Source of the DNA: Gammaproteobacteria bacterium
GTDB taxonomy: Bacteria; Pseudomonadota; Gammaproteobacteria; JBCCGL01
NCBI GenBank assembly: GCA_965277715.1
Contig: OZ255836.1
Location: 128,001-192,000, forward strand
Direction: 5' to 3'
Length of the DNA: 64,000 nucleotides
The first letter of the stretch is position 1, and each line of letters starts with the position of its first letter. A model generated the notes under the pieces. It had not been told where the DNA came from, ran no database searches, and was given only the letters and a program-made list of their open reading frames with translations. Of this stretch, positions 61,820 to 64,000 are shown piece after piece. Made by a program: the position numbers and the translations under genes.

Positions 61820-62569
61820 ATGAAAGTGCTTGTCGCGGTAAAGCGCGTGCTTGACTACAACGTTAAAGTACGTGTGAAAGCCGATAATTCCGGTGTCGAA
61901 TTGGCGAACGTTAAAATGTCGATGAACCCATTTGACGAAATTGCCGTCGAAGAGGCCATCCGGCTTCAGGAGGCGGGCATTGCCAGCGAGCTGGTCGCGG
62001 TATCGCTGGGGGTTACACAGAGCCAGGAAACCATCCGCACGGCACTGGCCATGGGCATTGAACGCGGTATTCTGGTCGAGACGGATCAGGAACTGGAGCC
62101 GCTGGCCGTTGCCAAGCTGTTAAAAGCAGTAGTCGAAAAAGAACAACCGCAAATCGTTATTCTCGGCAAGCAGGCAATCGATGACGATTGCAACCAAACA
62201 GGCCAAATGCTGGCGGCATTATTAGGCTGGCCTCAAGCCACCTACGCCTCAAACGTTGAGGTTACCGACGGTGCGATGGCGGTTACCCGCGAAGTCGATG
62301 GTGGGCTGGAAACCCTCAACTACACACTGCCCACGATTATCACCACCGACCTGCGTTTAAATGAGCCGCGTTACGCCAAGCTGCCAAACATTATGAAAGC
62401 GAAGAAAAAACCGCTGGATATTATCCCGGTTGCCGATTTGGGCGTCGATATTACGCCGCGTTTAAAAACGGTTAAAGTCGAAGAGCCGCCCGCTCGTCAG
62501 TCGGGCGTTATTGTTGGCAGCGTGGCGGAATTAGTCGCCAAGCTGAAAGACGAAGCCAAGGTCATTTAA
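61820..62569 (+). CDS. etfB: Electron transfer flavoprotein beta subunit
   Basis: [36 protein letters not shown]. Confidence 0.95.
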   Translation: MKVLVAVKRVLDYNVKVRVKADNSGVELANVKMSMNPFDEIAVEEAIRLQEAGIASELVAVSLGVTQSQETIRTALAMGIERGILVETDQELEPLAVAKLLKAVVEKEQPQIVILGKQAIDDDCNQTGQMLAALLGWPQATYASNVEVTDGAMAVTREVDGGLETLNYTLPTIITTDLRLNEPRYAKLPNIMKAKKKPLDIIPVADLGVDITPRLKTVKVEEPPARQSGVIVGSVAELVAKLKDEAKVI

Positions 62570-62579
62570 GGGGATCGGC

Positions 62580-63512
62580 ATGAGCGTATTAGTTGTAGCA
62601 GAACACGATAACGCGTCGCTGGCCGACGCAAGTTTAAACACGGTGAGTGCCGCCACCCAGCTGGGTGATGTCACTGTTTTGGTCGCTGGCGATGCGTGCA
62701 GCGCGGTGGCAACCGCTGCCGCTACTGTTGTTGGCGTTGATAAAGTATTGATTGCGGAACATACCGGCTACGATCACGGTGTGGCTGAAAATATCGCTGC
62801 GTTAGTGGTGGGCATGGCTGATAGTTATAGCCATATCCTCTTTCCGGCTACCGCCTACGGTAAAAATATTATGCCACGCGTAGCGGCATTGTTAGATGTG
62901 GCGGGTATTTCTGACATTACCAGCATCGAATCTGCCGATACCTTTGTGCGCCCAATCTATGCGGGTAACGCAATGGCGACCGTGCAAAGTACCGATAGCA
63001 TCAAGGTGATTTCAGTGCGCACCACTTCGTTTGAAGCGGCGGCTGCCGAAGGTGGCAGTGCGGTGAGTGAGTCAATCGCTGCTGCGGACATCAGTGATCT
63101 AGTGCACTTTGTCGGTGAAGACCTGACCGTATCTGAGCGCCCTGAGTTGACCAGTGCACGTATCGTCGTCTCCGGTGGTCGGGGTATGCAAAGCGGTGAT
63201 AATTTCCCCATGCTTGACTCGATTGCCGACAAATTGGGCGCGGCGGTTGGTGCATCGCGGGCCGCTGTCGATGCCGGGTTTGTGCCCAACGACTACCAAG
63301 TAGGGCAAACTGGCAAAATCGTTGCGCCTGATCTGTATATTGCCGTGGGTATATCCGGTGCCATCCAGCATTTGGCCGGGATGAAAGACAGCAAAGTCAT
63401 TGTCGCTATCAACAAAGATGAAGAGGCGCCTATTTTTCAGGTGGCCGATTACGGTCTGGTTGCCGACTTGTTTGAAGCTGTTCCCGAGCTGGATGCTGCA
63501 CTTAGCAGTTAA
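62580..63512 (+). CDS. etfA: Electron transfer flavoprotein alpha subunit
   Basis: [28 protein letters not shown]. Confidence 0.95.
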   Translation: MSVLVVAEHDNASLADASLNTVSAATQLGDVTVLVAGDACSAVATAAATVVGVDKVLIAEHTGYDHGVAENIAALVVGMADSYSHILFPATAYGKNIMPRVAALLDVAGISDITSIESADTFVRPIYAGNAMATVQSTDSIKVISVRTTSFEAAAAEGGSAVSESIAAADISDLVHFVGEDLTVSERPELTSARIVVSGGRGMQSGDNFPMLDSIADKLGAAVGASRAAVDAGFVPNDYQVGQTGKIVAPDLYIAVGISGAIQHLAGMKDSKVIVAINKDEEAPIFQVADYGLVADLFEAVPELDAALSS

Positions 63513-63576
63513 GTACACCCACCTCTAAATCGCGTGGCGCATTCTGCGCTGCGCGATTGTGGTTTGATGCACTGTT

Positions 63577-63680
63577 TATCAGGGCGAACTTGCCTGATAC
63601 CCCGGTAGATTGTTACTTATCAAGGCAAATTTGCCTGATTTACTGAGTAATATCCAATATCAGGGCAAATTGGCCTGATA
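63577..63680. repeat. Three 23-bp palindromic direct repeats
   Basis: TATCAGGGCGAACTTGCCTGATA, TATCAAGGCAAATTTGCCTGATT, TATCAGGGCAAATTGGCCTGATA at 63577, 63618, 63658. Confidence 0.7.
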
Positions 63681-63721
63681 CTAATTGTTAGCGTTATAAG
63701 ATACTTCGATATAGGTAAACC

Positions 63722-63926
63722 ATGTCTGAAATCGATTCTCAAATTCTGGCTTGGGGTGCTCGTCGTTTCCGACATTTCCCTGGTAGGTTGGTTGCTGACC
63801 AATGTCGGCAAAGAACTCGATCTTAAAACCGCAGGTGCTATATTTGGCGTACTAATCATCACTTCTGCGGTATTATTCGTACACAGACGAATTGAGCGTT
63901 TAATATCTAAATTAGAGGGTTTATAG
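63722..63926 (+). pseudogene. Frameshifted small membrane protein
   Basis: MSEID start out of frame with LKFWLGVLVVSDISLVGWLL...; another small hydrophobic ORF begins at 63928. Confidence 0.35.
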
Positions 63927-64000
63927 CATGGATATTTTGACCACTATTATCTTAGTTGCAGTTGCTTCAGTTTTTGCATTTATAACGTACGATGCTGCCA

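Noticed and set aside
63577-63680. Mini CRISPR array
   Set aside because: Repeats are imperfect, spacers only 17-18 bp, and unrelated to the type II repeat.

Overview
This is an AT-moderate, IS-rich stretch of a probable gammaproteobacterial genome. A cbbR-like regulator next to rpe hints at a chemoautotroph, and many decayed genes suggest a host-associated lineage (inference). Main contents: (1) 1-12250, minus strand: a 12-gene secreted-peptide (microcin/RiPP-like) cluster I cannot match to a described pathway. It has a 112-aa glycine-zipper precursor, a 2-TM immunity candidate, an HlyC acyltransferase, a HEXXH-peptidase/pseudo-HlyC fusion, an SCP2-JmjC protein, a QueC-like PP-loop enzyme, a minimal kinase-like protein, a fatty acid hydroxylase/desaturase, a methyltransferase fused to a dead QueC-like copy, an M16 peptidase and a C39-less type I exporter. 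(2) An orphan NucC nuclease, HEPN proteins and nested IS4/IS3/ISKra4/IS66 elements. (3) A compact type II-C CRISPR-Cas9 locus with frameshifted cas9, a 4-repeat array, and a tracrRNA pushed about 3.2 kb away by a nested IS. (4) An integrase-less attC cassette array. (5) Ordinary metabolic genes: metY, TRAP transporter, sulfatase, Rieske oxygenase/SDRs, fadJ/fadI-like, etfBA. All calls come from reading motifs by eye; no database searches were run.
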